From NCBI GenBank assembly GCA_041567315.1, contig JBFGCA010000002.1:8055-72054 (forward strand): 64,000 nt of DNA, written 5' to 3'. Position numbers and translations under genes: made by a program. Below the pieces are notes generated by a model. It was not told the DNA's origin and made no database searches. It was given only the letters and a program-made list of their open reading frames with translations. Source of the DNA: Thermoanaerobaculia bacterium (lineage in GTDB: Bacteria; Acidobacteriota; Thermoanaerobaculia; Multivoradales; JAHEKO01). How positions within the stretch are numbered: position 1 is the stretch's first letter; the number at the start of each line of letters is the position of its first letter. Below are positions 1-8,333 of the stretch, piece after piece.

Positions 1-443
1 GTGGGCTGGCTGCGGCGGCGGGCCAGGGCCACCTCTTCGGCCAGCTTCTCGAGCTCGACCTGCGCGAACTGGTTGCTGGGATCGAGCTGCACCGCCTGCT
101 GGTACTCCTCGAGCGCCCGCTCGAGGGCGCCGGCGGCGTGGAGCTCCTTGCCGCGCTCGAAATGGTCCTGCGAGGCCTTGATCTTGGCCCGCAGCAGGCC
201 GGTCCGATAGGAGACGTTGCCCGGGCTGCGATCCACCAGGTCGAGGTAGAGGAGCACCGCCTCGTCCCAGTCGCCGCGCTGCTCCGCGATCTGCGCGCGC
301 CGGGCGCTGCGGAAGCTCGAGCAGCCGGCCAGCAGCAGCGCCGCCACCAGCGCCAAGGACACCGCCGGCAGCAGTGCGGTCAGCCGGCCGAGTCCGCTGG
401 CGGCCGGCCTCCCGTCGCGTGCACCGCGCATCGTCGCCAGCAT
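1..443 (-). CDS. TPR-repeat lipoprotein, partial (C-terminus runs off the window start); possible PilF/PilW/Tgl-like pilotin or N-terminal part of a PilQ-type secretin
   Basis: Minus-strand ATG at 443 preceded by GGGAGGG RBS, immediately after the pilP stop (445-447). Translation MLATMRGARDG...LTALLPAVSLALVAALLLAGCSSF carries a lipobox (LAGC) and TPR-like helices. Position after pilMNOP is where pilQ or a pilotin is usually found. Confidence 0.55.
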   Translation of the reverse strand, partial: MLATMRGARDGRPAASGLGRLTALLPAVSLALVAALLLAGCSSFRSARRAQIAEQRGDWDEAVLLYLDLVDRSPGNVSYRTGLLRAKIKASQDHFERGKELHAAGALERALEEYQQAVQLDPSNQFAQVELEKLAEEVALARRRSQP

Positions 444-444
444 A

Positions 445-1032
445 CTACCCTCCCACCGCCAGCCGTTTTGCGGGGACGTCCGGAAAACCCACGAACCCGA
501 GGTCCGCGGACTCGTAGCCGATCTCGACCACCCGGAACTTCTCCTTGACCACGCCGCCGCGGAAGGCGTTGTAGATGTCGTTGCCGTCGGTGAAGACCGC
601 CAGCTGCCGGCCCCGGGGTCCGAAGCTGCCGAGGTAGACGACGTCGACCGGTGGCGGCTGGGGCCGCGCCGGCGCCGCCGAGCGGCTCTCCCGCAGCCGC
701 TCCGCCGCCTCGCCCGCCGCCCGGCGAGCGCGCTCGGCGGCCTCGGGATCGGGTGGAGGCGGGGTGGGGGCCGGCGGCGGCGACGCGGCGCCGAAGCGGA
801 ACGGATCGCGGCCCGGGCTGAAATGGGCGGCCTCGCGCTCGAGGCTCTCGAGGCCCAGCTCGACCACCTCCACCTGCAGACCGCCCGCGTCGCCGCCACC
901 CTCGCCGGCGCCGGACCCGCCACCCACCCGGCCACGCGAGCTCGACCCGCCGGCGAACTGCCGCCCCACCATGACCACCAGGCCGACCGCCAGCGCCGCC
1001 AGCAGGAGCTGCTTGCGCCGCTCGTCGGTCAC
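445..1032 (-). CDS. pilP: type IV pilus assembly protein PilP-like
   Basis: GTG start at 1032 overlaps the pilO stop (GTGA). N-terminal hydrophobic segment KQLLLAALAVGLVVMVG. Conserved RDPF motif (PGRDPFRF), Pro-rich linker and C-terminal beta-rich domain typical of PilP. Fourth gene of the pilMNOP arrangement. Confidence 0.65.
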   Translation of the reverse strand: MTDERRKQLLLAALAVGLVVMVGRQFAGGSSSRGRVGGGSGAGEGGGDAGGLQVEVVELGLESLEREAAHFSPGRDPFRFGAASPPPAPTPPPPDPEAAERARRAAGEAAERLRESRSAAPARPQPPPVDVVYLGSFGPRGRQLAVFTDGNDIYNAFRGGVVKEKFRVVEIGYESADLGFVGFPDVPAKRLAVGG

Positions 1033-1616
1033 GAGGTCACCCCCGGCCTGGCGGCCGCCGACTCGTCGACGAACAGCGTCGACAGCTTGAGCTGGATGCG
1101 GAGGCTGCCCTGCCCCGCGGCCTCGCTGAGGCTGACCTCGTCGAGGGTCAGAAACAGCTCCGACAGCTCCAGGAAGTTGATGAACGTCCGGAGCTCGACG
1201 TAGCTGCCGTCGACCGCGAAGACGATCGAGCGCTTGACGAGACCGTGATCCTCGATCTCCTCCCCGGGGTAGGTGACCACCGCCGGCTCCACTCCGGCAC
1301 GGCGGGCCAGCTCCTTGACCTCGGCGATCACCCTGGTGAGCCGCAGCCGCTCGGTGGTCAGCCAGGAGTCGTAGAACGTGGCCACCCGCTCGCGGGTCCG
1401 ACGCGCCCGTCCGACCACCTCCTCGAGCCCGGCCCGCTCCACCTCGAGCCGCGCCAGCTCCTCGCTGCGGCGCTCCACGCGCAGCTCGCGCAGCTGGGCC
1501 TGACCGGCAAAGACCAGCCGGTAGGAGGAGAAGACCACCAGGTTGGCCAGGAAGAAGAGCAGCGCCGGCAGCCACAGGATCAGCCGCTCGCGCCAGACGT
1601 CGCGGCGGGTCTTCAC
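1029..1616 (-). CDS. pilO: type IV pilus assembly protein PilO
   Basis: GTG start at 1616 overlaps the pilN stop (GTGA). VKTRRDVWRERLILWLPALLFFLANLVVF TM segment followed by coiled coil and a PilO-like C-terminal domain. The long N-terminal extension of the listed ORF is high-GC frame noise. Confidence 0.8.
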   Translation of the reverse strand: MKTRRDVWRERLILWLPALLFFLANLVVFSSYRLVFAGQAQLRELRVERRSEELARLEVERAGLEEVVGRARRTRERVATFYDSWLTTERLRLTRVIAEVKELARRAGVEPAVVTYPGEEIEDHGLVKRSIVFAVDGSYVELRTFINFLELSELFLTLDEVSLSEAAGQGSLRIQLKLSTLFVDESAAARPGVTS

Positions 1617-2431
1617 GGCTCGGTGACCTCCGGCCCGGCGTCCCCGCTCCCGGCGTCCGCGGACTCGGCATCCCCGGGCCCGGCATCCCCGGGCCCGGCG
1701 GCGACCCGGGGCGACGCGGTCTCCCCGCCCGCCACCGCCTCGACCGGCGGCAGCACCTCTTCCAGCTCGACCTCCTCCGCTGCTTCCAGCGGCGTGCCCC
1801 CCGCCTCTCCGCCTTCGGCTGCGGCGCTGGCCGCCGGCAGATAGACCGCGCCCAGCGAGAACTCCACGTTGCCGCCCTCGCGGCGCGCCTCGCTGACCAG
1901 GTTCGGCTCGCGGAAGGCGGGGTGGGCGAAGATCGCGTCGATGAAGGCGAGCAGCGCCTGGTCGCTCTTGGCGACGCCGGCCAGTTCGAGTTGCACCAGC
2001 TCCTCCCGCGGCGCCAGGGCGCTGCCTCGCCGGCTCGCCTGCTTGGGATCGCTGAACCGCGGGTTGAGGCGGCGCAGATGGACCTCGGCCGGAAGCACCT
2101 CGGCCAGGCGGTCGAAGAGCGAGCTCCAGGAGAACGCCCGCTGGGCGATCTTGGTGTTGAGGAAGGCGACGTGGACGTTCTGCTCGGCCAGGTCGAGCCC
2201 GTCGAGCTCCTGCCGCAGCCGCTCCAGCTCGGCGCTCTCCGCCTCGAGCCGCGTCTCGAGCTGGCCGAGCCGCTCGCTCTTGGCGCCCTGGCCCGAGAAG
2301 TACCCCCAGTAGAGCCAGACGTTGGCCGCCAGCAGCGCCACCCCCAGCAGCCACAGCAGGGTGGTCGCCCGGCGCACCGGCCGCGCGTTGACGAACGGAT
2401 CGGCGGCGAGGTCGAGCCGCGCGGGTCTCAC
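1613..2431 (-). CDS. pilN: type IV pilus assembly protein PilN
   Basis: GTG start at 2431 with GGAGGTGG RBS, overlapping the pilM stop (GTGA). DPFVNARPVRRATTLLWLLGVALLAANVWLYW is a typical PilN N-terminus with a single TM. Coiled-coil region and Pro/Ala/Gly-rich C-tail. Confidence 0.8.
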   Translation of the reverse strand: MRPARLDLAADPFVNARPVRRATTLLWLLGVALLAANVWLYWGYFSGQGAKSERLGQLETRLEAESAELERLRQELDGLDLAEQNVHVAFLNTKIAQRAFSWSSLFDRLAEVLPAEVHLRRLNPRFSDPKQASRRGSALAPREELVQLELAGVAKSDQALLAFIDAIFAHPAFREPNLVSEARREGGNVEFSLGAVYLPAASAAAEGGEAGGTPLEAAEEVELEEVLPPVEAVAGGETASPRVAAGPGDAGPGDAESADAGSGDAGPEVTEP

Positions 2432-3411
2432 GCCACCTCCTGCCGCGCCGCCCCGAACAGCGGCGCCACCTCGTGGAGCGGCACCGCGGCCGGCTCGCCG
2501 GTGAGCGGCAGATGCTCGCGGCCCACCGGGTAGACCGGCACCTCGAAGGCCTCGGCCAACCACTCCACCCAGGCCGCCTCCCACTCGGGCGGGCAGACCA
2601 CCAGGATGCGCGGCGGCGGCGGCTCGCCGAGCTGGTCGGCCAGATAGGCGCGCGTCAGCTTGAGGTCGCGCAGCACCAGCGGCCCGGTCGCCGCCTCGGC
2701 CTCGGCGCCCGGCAGCGCCTTGCTGCGGTGCAGCACCGGCTCGCCGCGATGGAGGAACAGCAGCCCGTAGCGCTCGGGCGAGGCCAGCACCAGGGCTGCC
2801 AGCTCGGCGGCCCGGCAGGCGTCCTGGAGTCCCGCCATCAGCGACAGGCTCTCGTTGGCGATCTGTCCCAGCCGGATGCGCCGCTCGCGAAAGGCGGCCT
2901 CGACCTGGGAAAGAAGCTGGTCGAGGGCGAAGCCCAGCAACATCCGGTGGGACTCCTGCTGGCGGGGCAGCGGCGCCACCTCGGCCGCCGTCAGCCGCAG
3001 CTCCTCGACCCTGAACGGCACCAGCTTGTGGAGCTTCCAGCGCAGCACCTCGTCGCGCGCGGCGGGGGCGCGCGGCAGCTCGGCGATCTCGGTGAAGGCC
3101 AGCCGCAGCCAGGAGTCGGGCAGCACCAGCGAGGCCGCCGTCACCGGCGCCGACACCCGCGCCATCAGCGCCTCGAGCGGCTCGCGCAGCGACCCCGGCT
3201 CGCGCAGCCCGCCGCCCAGCGGACCGCCCCCGAACAGCCCGCCGTCCAGCTCGACCACCTGGTACTCGCGGAACTCGAAGCCGCCGTTGGCCGCCGCGAA
3301 ACAGCCGTACCGCAGGCGCCCGCCGTCGAGACCGAAAACGTGCGGCGGCACCGGCACCGGGTCGAAGCCCAGCAGCCGCTTAATCCACAAAGGTGACCTT
3401 GTTGATCTCAC
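2428..3411 (-). CDS. pilM: type IV pilus assembly protein PilM (actin-like ATPase fold)
   Basis: LLGFDPVPVPPHVFGLDGGRLRYGCF...ILVVCPPEWEAAWVEWL is PilM/FtsA-like. The annotated ATG at 3411 overlaps the pilB 3' end by about 30 nt; an alternative TTG about 20 nt downstream is possible. Confidence 0.82.
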   Translation of the reverse strand: MRSTRSPLWIKRLLGFDPVPVPPHVFGLDGGRLRYGCFAAANGGFEFREYQVVELDGGLFGGGPLGGGLREPGSLREPLEALMARVSAPVTAASLVLPDSWLRLAFTEIAELPRAPAARDEVLRWKLHKLVPFRVEELRLTAAEVAPLPRQQESHRMLLGFALDQLLSQVEAAFRERRIRLGQIANESLSLMAGLQDACRAAELAALVLASPERYGLLFLHRGEPVLHRSKALPGAEAEAATGPLVLRDLKLTRAYLADQLGEPPPPRILVVCPPEWEAAWVEWLAEAFEVPVYPVGREHLPLTGEPAAVPLHEVAPLFGAARQEVA

Positions 3412-5023
3412 GAAGAGTGGTGACTCCCTGGAGCACCTTCTCCAGCGCCGACTCGCGCAGGAAAATCATGCCCTCGTCGGCTGCCGCCCGCTTGATCTCG
3501 GAGGCCGGGCGGCGCTCGAGGATCAGCTCGCGGATGCGGTCGGACAGATCGAGCAGCTCGGAGATGGCCATGCGGCCCAGGAACCCGGTGCCGTTGCACT
3601 CGATGCAGCCCTCGCCCTCGTAGAACTCGCGATCGCCGTAGAGCGAGGCGTCGAGCCCGCTTTCGGCCAGCAGCGCGCTGCCGGCCCGCACCGGATGCTT
3701 GCAGTTCTCGCAGATCTTGCGCACCAGTCGCTGGGCCAGGACGCAGTTGAGGGCGGAGACGAAGTTGTAGAGGTCCACCTTCATGTTGAGGAAGCGGCCG
3801 AGCACGTCCACCACGTTGTTGGCGTGCACGGTGGTGAACACCAGGTGGCCGGTGAGCGCCGACTGGACGGCGATCTGGGCGGTCTCCTCGTCGCGGATCT
3901 CGCCGACCATGATCTTGTCCGGGTCGTGGCGCAGGATGGAGCGCAGCCCGCGGGCGAAGGTCAGCCCCTTCTTCTCGTTGACCGGGATCTGCGTGATGCC
4001 CCGCAGCTGGTACTCGACCGGGTCCTCGATGGTGATGATCTTGTCCTCCGAGGACTGGATCTCCGACAGGCAGGCGTAGAGCGTGGTGGTCTTGCCCGAG
4101 CCGGTCGGACCGGTGACCAGCACCATGCCGTAGGGCTCGCGGTTGAACTTGCGGATCTTGCGCACCGTCTCGGGGTCGAAGCCCAGGATGTCGAGGCGCA
4201 GGTTCTTGAACTCCTTGTTCATCGACTCCTTGTCGAGGATGCGGATGACCGCGTCCTCGCCGTGCACCGACGGCATGATGGAGACGCGGAAGTCGATGTT
4301 GCGCCCCTCGAACCGCAACTTGAAGCGGCCGTCCTGGGGGATCCGCTTCTCGGCGATGTCCAGCTCTGCCATCACCTTGATGCGGCTGATGATGGTCTGG
4401 TGGTGGCGCTTGTCGATCGGCTCCATGGCCTGGTAGAGGACGCCGTCGATCCGGTACTTGATGATCACTTCGCCTTCGCGGGTCTCGATGTGGATGTCGC
4501 TGGCGCGGCGCTGGATGGCGTTGAAGATCGTCGAGTCCACCAGCTTGATGATCGGGCTGAGGTCGGCGGTGATGCGGTCGATCGACAGCACCTCCTCGCC
4601 CTCGGCGTCCTCCTGGATGAGCTGGATGCGGAAGTCCTCGGTGGCCTCGTCGAGCACCCGCTGGGCGCTCTCCGAGCGCTGCAGGATCTCCTCGATCGCC
4701 GAGCGCGCCCCGACCCGCACCTCTACCGGCTGACCGAGCAGCAGCTCCAGCTCGTCGAGCTTGGTGACGTCCTTGGGGTCGGCCATGACGATGGCCAGCC
4801 GGCCCGGCAGCTGGTGCTCGGGGATGAAGCTGTAGCGCAGCATCAGGTCGAAGGGGATCGAGCGGAACAGGTCGTTGTCGATCCGGAAGCGGGACATGTC
4901 GACGAGGTCGAGACCGTAGCGCCGGGCCATCTCCTCGACCTGGCGGCGCTCCTGCTCGCGGCGGACCGCCAGCTCCTCGGCGGTCTCCATCAACGGCTGG
5001 GTTGTCGCGCGCTGCGGTTCCAT
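3380..5023 (-). CDS. pilB: type IV pilus assembly ATPase PilB (GspE family)
   Basis: 547 aa with N-terminal GspII_E domain. Walker A GPTGSGKTT, Asp box, His box and tetracysteine motif CENCKHP...CIECNGTGF. Strong full-length similarity to PilB/GspE. Confidence 0.95.
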   Translation of the reverse strand: MEPQRATTQPLMETAEELAVRREQERRQVEEMARRYGLDLVDMSRFRIDNDLFRSIPFDLMLRYSFIPEHQLPGRLAIVMADPKDVTKLDELELLLGQPVEVRVGARSAIEEILQRSESAQRVLDEATEDFRIQLIQEDAEGEEVLSIDRITADLSPIIKLVDSTIFNAIQRRASDIHIETREGEVIIKYRIDGVLYQAMEPIDKRHHQTIISRIKVMAELDIAEKRIPQDGRFKLRFEGRNIDFRVSIMPSVHGEDAVIRILDKESMNKEFKNLRLDILGFDPETVRKIRKFNREPYGMVLVTGPTGSGKTTTLYACLSEIQSSEDKIITIEDPVEYQLRGITQIPVNEKKGLTFARGLRSILRHDPDKIMVGEIRDEETAQIAVQSALTGHLVFTTVHANNVVDVLGRFLNMKVDLYNFVSALNCVLAQRLVRKICENCKHPVRAGSALLAESGLDASLYGDREFYEGEGCIECNGTGFLGRMAISELLDLSDRIRELILERRPASEIKRAAADEGMIFLRESALEKVLQGVTTLREINKVTFVD

Positions 5024-5090
5024 TCGAGCTCTCCTTGCGGGTGGACCTCTACGCCCTACTAACGATGCGGCGCCGCCAGCCGTCTAGCCG

Positions 5091-6302
5091 TCATCCCTGC
5101 ACCTGGCCCAGCAGGCTGAAGATCGGCAGGTAGACCGACACCAGCAGGGTGGCCACGATAATCCCCATCAGCATCATCATCACCGGCTCGAGCAGGCTCA
5201 GGATGCGCTGCAGGCGGGTCTCCACCTCCTCGTCGAGGAAGTCCGACAGCTCGGAGAGCATCGAGTCGAGCCCGCCGGTGGTCTCGCCGGTCTTGACCAT
5301 GTCGACCACGATCGCCTCCACCACCCCGGTCTCCTCCAGGTTGGCGGCCAGCGACTTGCCCTCCCGCACGCCCTGGACGATGGGCGCCAGACGCTTGCGC
5401 ATGAACGGGTTGCCCACCGCGCGGATCGAGATCTCGAGCGAAGAGACCACCGGGATGCCGCCGGCCAGCAGGGTGGACAGCGACCGGCAGAACTCGGACA
5501 GCGCCATGCGGTGGAAGATCGCGCCCAGCAAGGGCAGCCGCAGCTTGAGGCGCGAGACGGCGAGCTGGCCGGCCTCGGACTGCGCGAACTGGTAGATCAG
5601 GAAGCCGCCGGCCGCCGCCCCGCCGACCAGCAGCAGGAAGTTGTCGCGGACGAAGATCGCCGCCCCCATGGTCAGCCGGGTGATCAACGGCAGCTCGACC
5701 TTGAGGGCCGAGAAGAACTCGGTGAACTTGGGCAGCACGTAGACCATCATCACCGCGATCAGGGCGATCGACAGCCCGACCAGCGCCGCCGGGTAGATCA
5801 GCGCCGAGACCACCCGCTTGCGGGCGTCGAGCAGCAGCCGCTGGTAGCGGATGAAGCGCCGGATGACCCCCTCCAGCTCGCCGCTGCGCTCGCCGGCCCT
5901 CAGGCTCGGCGGATAGAGCGGCGGCAGCAGCTCGACGTGCTCTTCGAAGGCGGTCGACAGGTGCTCGCCGCTCTTCACCTTGTCGCGGACCTGCGACAGG
6001 ACCTGCCGGAAGGTGGGGTCCTGCTGGCGCTCGAGCACCAGCTCGAGGGCCGGCAGCAGCGGCAGACCCGACCTCAGCAGCGCCGCCAGCTCCTGGTTGA
6101 ACACCAGCAGCGGCCGGATCGGGATCTTGCGCCGCCGGCCGAACCGCGGCAGCCGCAGACCGGCCAGCCCCCGCGCCTTGGCCTCGAACAGGTGCAGGCC
6201 CCGCCGCTCCAGCTCGGCCCGCAGCGCCGACTCGCTGGCCGCCTCGTGGACCTCCTCGAGGACCCGGCCCTCGGGCGTGCCGACCCGGCAGAGGTACTGC
6301 AC
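5091..6302 (-). CDS. pilC: type IV pilus inner-membrane platform protein PilC (GspF family)
   Basis: 403 aa with two GspF repeats (LLRSGLPLLPALELV... / LLAGGIPVVSSLEI...) and three TM segments. Lies immediately upstream of pilB in the same orientation. Confidence 0.93.
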   Translation of the reverse strand: MQYLCRVGTPEGRVLEEVHEAASESALRAELERRGLHLFEAKARGLAGLRLPRFGRRRKIPIRPLLVFNQELAALLRSGLPLLPALELVLERQQDPTFRQVLSQVRDKVKSGEHLSTAFEEHVELLPPLYPPSLRAGERSGELEGVIRRFIRYQRLLLDARKRVVSALIYPAALVGLSIALIAVMMVYVLPKFTEFFSALKVELPLITRLTMGAAIFVRDNFLLLVGGAAAGGFLIYQFAQSEAGQLAVSRLKLRLPLLGAIFHRMALSEFCRSLSTLLAGGIPVVSSLEISIRAVGNPFMRKRLAPIVQGVREGKSLAANLEETGVVEAIVVDMVKTGETTGGLDSMLSELSDFLDEEVETRLQRILSLLEPVMMMLMGIIVATLLVSVYLPIFSLLGQVQG

Positions 6303-6327
6303 CCCGCCTACGCTCCCACCGCGCCGC

Positions 6328-7005
6328 TCACGGCTCGGCCTCCGACCCGAGACTGCAGGTCAGCACCAGCATCAGCGCCTCGCGGCTCGATTCGGCCCGC
6401 GCCAGTCCCAGGATCATCGGTTTGTCGAGCCACAGGTTCAGGTTGGTGTGGATCAGTTGCTCCGGCTCCGGGTTGCCGCGGTCGCGCGCCACCCGGAATC
6501 CGTGCAGCTTGAGCCGCCGATCCTCCCGCAGCGTTCCCATTCGAAAGCCTACCCGATACTCCTCGCCCAGCTGATGGGTGACCTCCTCGCCTTCGCGGAC
6601 CTCGAGCCGGGCGCGCGCCAGCAGCCGGTAGCTCTCGTACCGCAGCAGCTCGCGCAGCCGCGCCACCAGCGCCGGCGGCAGCTCGGAGGCGTCCCCCGGG
6701 GCCGCCTCGACGCCGGCCTTGACGATCCGGATCTCGAGCTCGACCGGGCTGGCCGGGTGATCGAACTCGGCGAGCAGGGCGACCACCCGCTCGATCACCT
6801 CCGCGCGGTCGCGGACGACGAGCGTGTTGGCTCCGGGCTGCAGCTCGACGGTGCCCTCGGCCGACAGCAGCGGGTGGACCAGCTGCAGCGCCTCACTGGC
6901 CGGCTGGTGGAGCAGCGTGTAGGCGTGGACCCGCCGGTCGTCGCCGCCGCGGCCCGTGCCCTGCGCCGCCGCCCGCGGCACCGGCAGCAGCAGCGCCACC
7001 ACCAT
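6328..7005 (-). CDS. exported protein with secretin N-domain-like region followed by a short secretin-like segment (minimal secretin or PilQ-related fragment?)
   Basis: Start taken at ATG 7005 (MVVALLLPVPRAAAQG, signal-like); the exact start is uncertain. GANTLVVRDRAEVIERVVALLAEFDHP resembles Secretin_N (N1) domains. VELEIRIVKAG resembles the beginning of a secretin core. Only about 225 aa. Confidence 0.45.
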   Translation of the reverse strand: MVVALLLPVPRAAAQGTGRGGDDRRVHAYTLLHQPASEALQLVHPLLSAEGTVELQPGANTLVVRDRAEVIERVVALLAEFDHPASPVELEIRIVKAGVEAAPGDASELPPALVARLRELLRYESYRLLARARLEVREGEEVTHQLGEEYRVGFRMGTLREDRRLKLHGFRVARDRGNPEPEQLIHTNLNLWLDKPMILGLARAESSREALMLVLTCSLGSEAEP

Positions 7006-7106
7006 CGCGGCCAGCAGCGCCGGCGGCGGCGCGGTCCGCGGCCAGCGCCACGCGGGGCCGGTCGGTGGGGTGCAGCGGCCGGCGAAGCACGGGGAGGGTG
7101 CCGGGC

Positions 7107-7607
7107 TCAGATCTCGAGGCTCTCGTCGACGATCATCACCACCGACAGGTCCTCCTCGGTGAGCTGGTAGATCCGCGCCTGCGGCCGGTCGAGGTTCTCG
7201 ATCAGCGGCGCCGGCAGCAGCTCGGCGGCCCGCAGCACAGAGGACGGTGGGACCTGCGGCGGGTGGGCGGGCCGCTCGGCGCCGCCGCCGGCGAGCAGCG
7301 CCAGGCCGGCCGCCAGCAGACCCGCCGCCGCCACCCGCGGCAGCCGCGCGCGGCGCCCTGCGGACCGCCGCTCGAGGGCGCGGACGCGGCGCAGCGCGGC
7401 GACCGTGCGGCCCATCTGCGCCACCTCGGCCGGAGTGGTCGCCGGCTCCGGCAGCAGCAGGAAGTGGTTGGAGGGATCGGCGGCGAGCACCGCGCGGCGG
7501 CACGCCGCGCAGCCGCGCAGGTGGTCGATGGCCCGCCGGCGGGCGGCGAGGTCGGGCCGCTCGGCGGCCAGCAGCTCGCTCAGCCGGCGGTGGTCGGGAC
7601 AGCTCAT
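7107..7607 (-). CDS. anti-sigma factor (zf-HC2-type, single TM)
   Basis: N-terminal DHLRGCAACRR zinc-finger-like anti-sigma motif and TM segment VAAAGLLAAGLALLAGG. Start overlaps the ECF sigma stop (ATGA). Confidence 0.7.
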   Translation of the reverse strand: MSCPDHRRLSELLAAERPDLAARRRAIDHLRGCAACRRAVLAADPSNHFLLLPEPATTPAEVAQMGRTVAALRRVRALERRSAGRRARLPRVAAAGLLAAGLALLAGGGAERPAHPPQVPPSSVLRAAELLPAPLIENLDRPQARIYQLTEEDLSVVMIVDESLEI

Positions 7608-8227
7608 GGCCTCTCGGTCGCGTACTCGGGGAACCGCTTGAGCAGCTCCTCGCGCAGCTTCTTGCGGGCGCTGAACAGGTGGTTGCGCACCGTCGAGGCC
7701 CGGCAGCCGAGGATCGCCGCCACCTCGCGCGACGGCAGGCCCTCGAGGGCGCGCAGCACGAAGACCGCCCGCTGCCGGTCGCTGAGCCCGGCGGCCAGCT
7801 CTTCGAAGATGCGAGCCACCTCTTTTTCCTGCAGCGCCGCCAGATCGCGGCGGTGGCGCCAGTCGGCCACCCGCCGCAGGTGCCAGCGGAACGGCTCGCG
7901 GCCGCGCGCCTGGCTACGCCGCGAGCGCAGCTGATCGATCGCCAGGTTGGCGGTGATCCGGTAGAGCCAGGTGTTGGGGCTCCAGCGCGGCTCGAACCGC
8001 CGGCGGTGCTCCCAGACCCTGAGAAAGGCGGCCTGCACCACGTCCCGCGCCTCCTCGCGATCGCCCAGCAGCCGGGTGGCGAGCACCAGCAGCGGACCGG
8101 TCTTGCGCTCGATGAGACCGGCGAAGGCGTCTTCGTCGCCGCCGGCCACCGCCGCCAGGAGCTGGCGGTCGGTGGCTTGCCGCCAGCTGCGGCGGGCCTG
8201 GCGCGAGGAATAGGCGAGAACCGGCAA
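7604..8227 (-). CDS. RNA polymerase ECF-type sigma-70 factor
   Basis: 207 aa with sigma-70 region 2 (FAGLIERKTGPLLVLATRLLGDREEARDVVQAAFLRVWE) and region 4 (LSDRQRAVFVLRALEGLPSREVAAILGCRASTVRNHL). Confidence 0.9.
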   Translation of the reverse strand: MPVLAYSSRQARRSWRQATDRQLLAAVAGGDEDAFAGLIERKTGPLLVLATRLLGDREEARDVVQAAFLRVWEHRRRFEPRWSPNTWLYRITANLAIDQLRSRRSQARGREPFRWHLRRVADWRHRRDLAALQEKEVARIFEELAAGLSDRQRAVFVLRALEGLPSREVAAILGCRASTVRNHLFSARKKLREELLKRFPEYATERP

Positions 8228-8333
8228 GAGACCCCCTATTCGTTCCTGTACGATGAACCGGGCGGCACCGTCTAGTGGCGCTCCGCGCTCGCAGCACCCT
8301 CGGTCCCAGTCTAACGCCGCGCCGGCCGCCGCG

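Noticed and set aside
3380-3411. pilM ATG at 3411 overlapping pilB by about 30 nt versus a downstream TTG
   Set aside because: I could not decide between them from sequence alone. I kept the listed ATG and flagged the uncertainty rather than calling an alternative.
6956-7162. Small plus-strand ORFs between the anti-sigma and secretin-like genes, and the alternative minus-strand ORF 6893-7090
   Set aside because: They overlap better-supported minus-strand genes in other frames and have no motif support.
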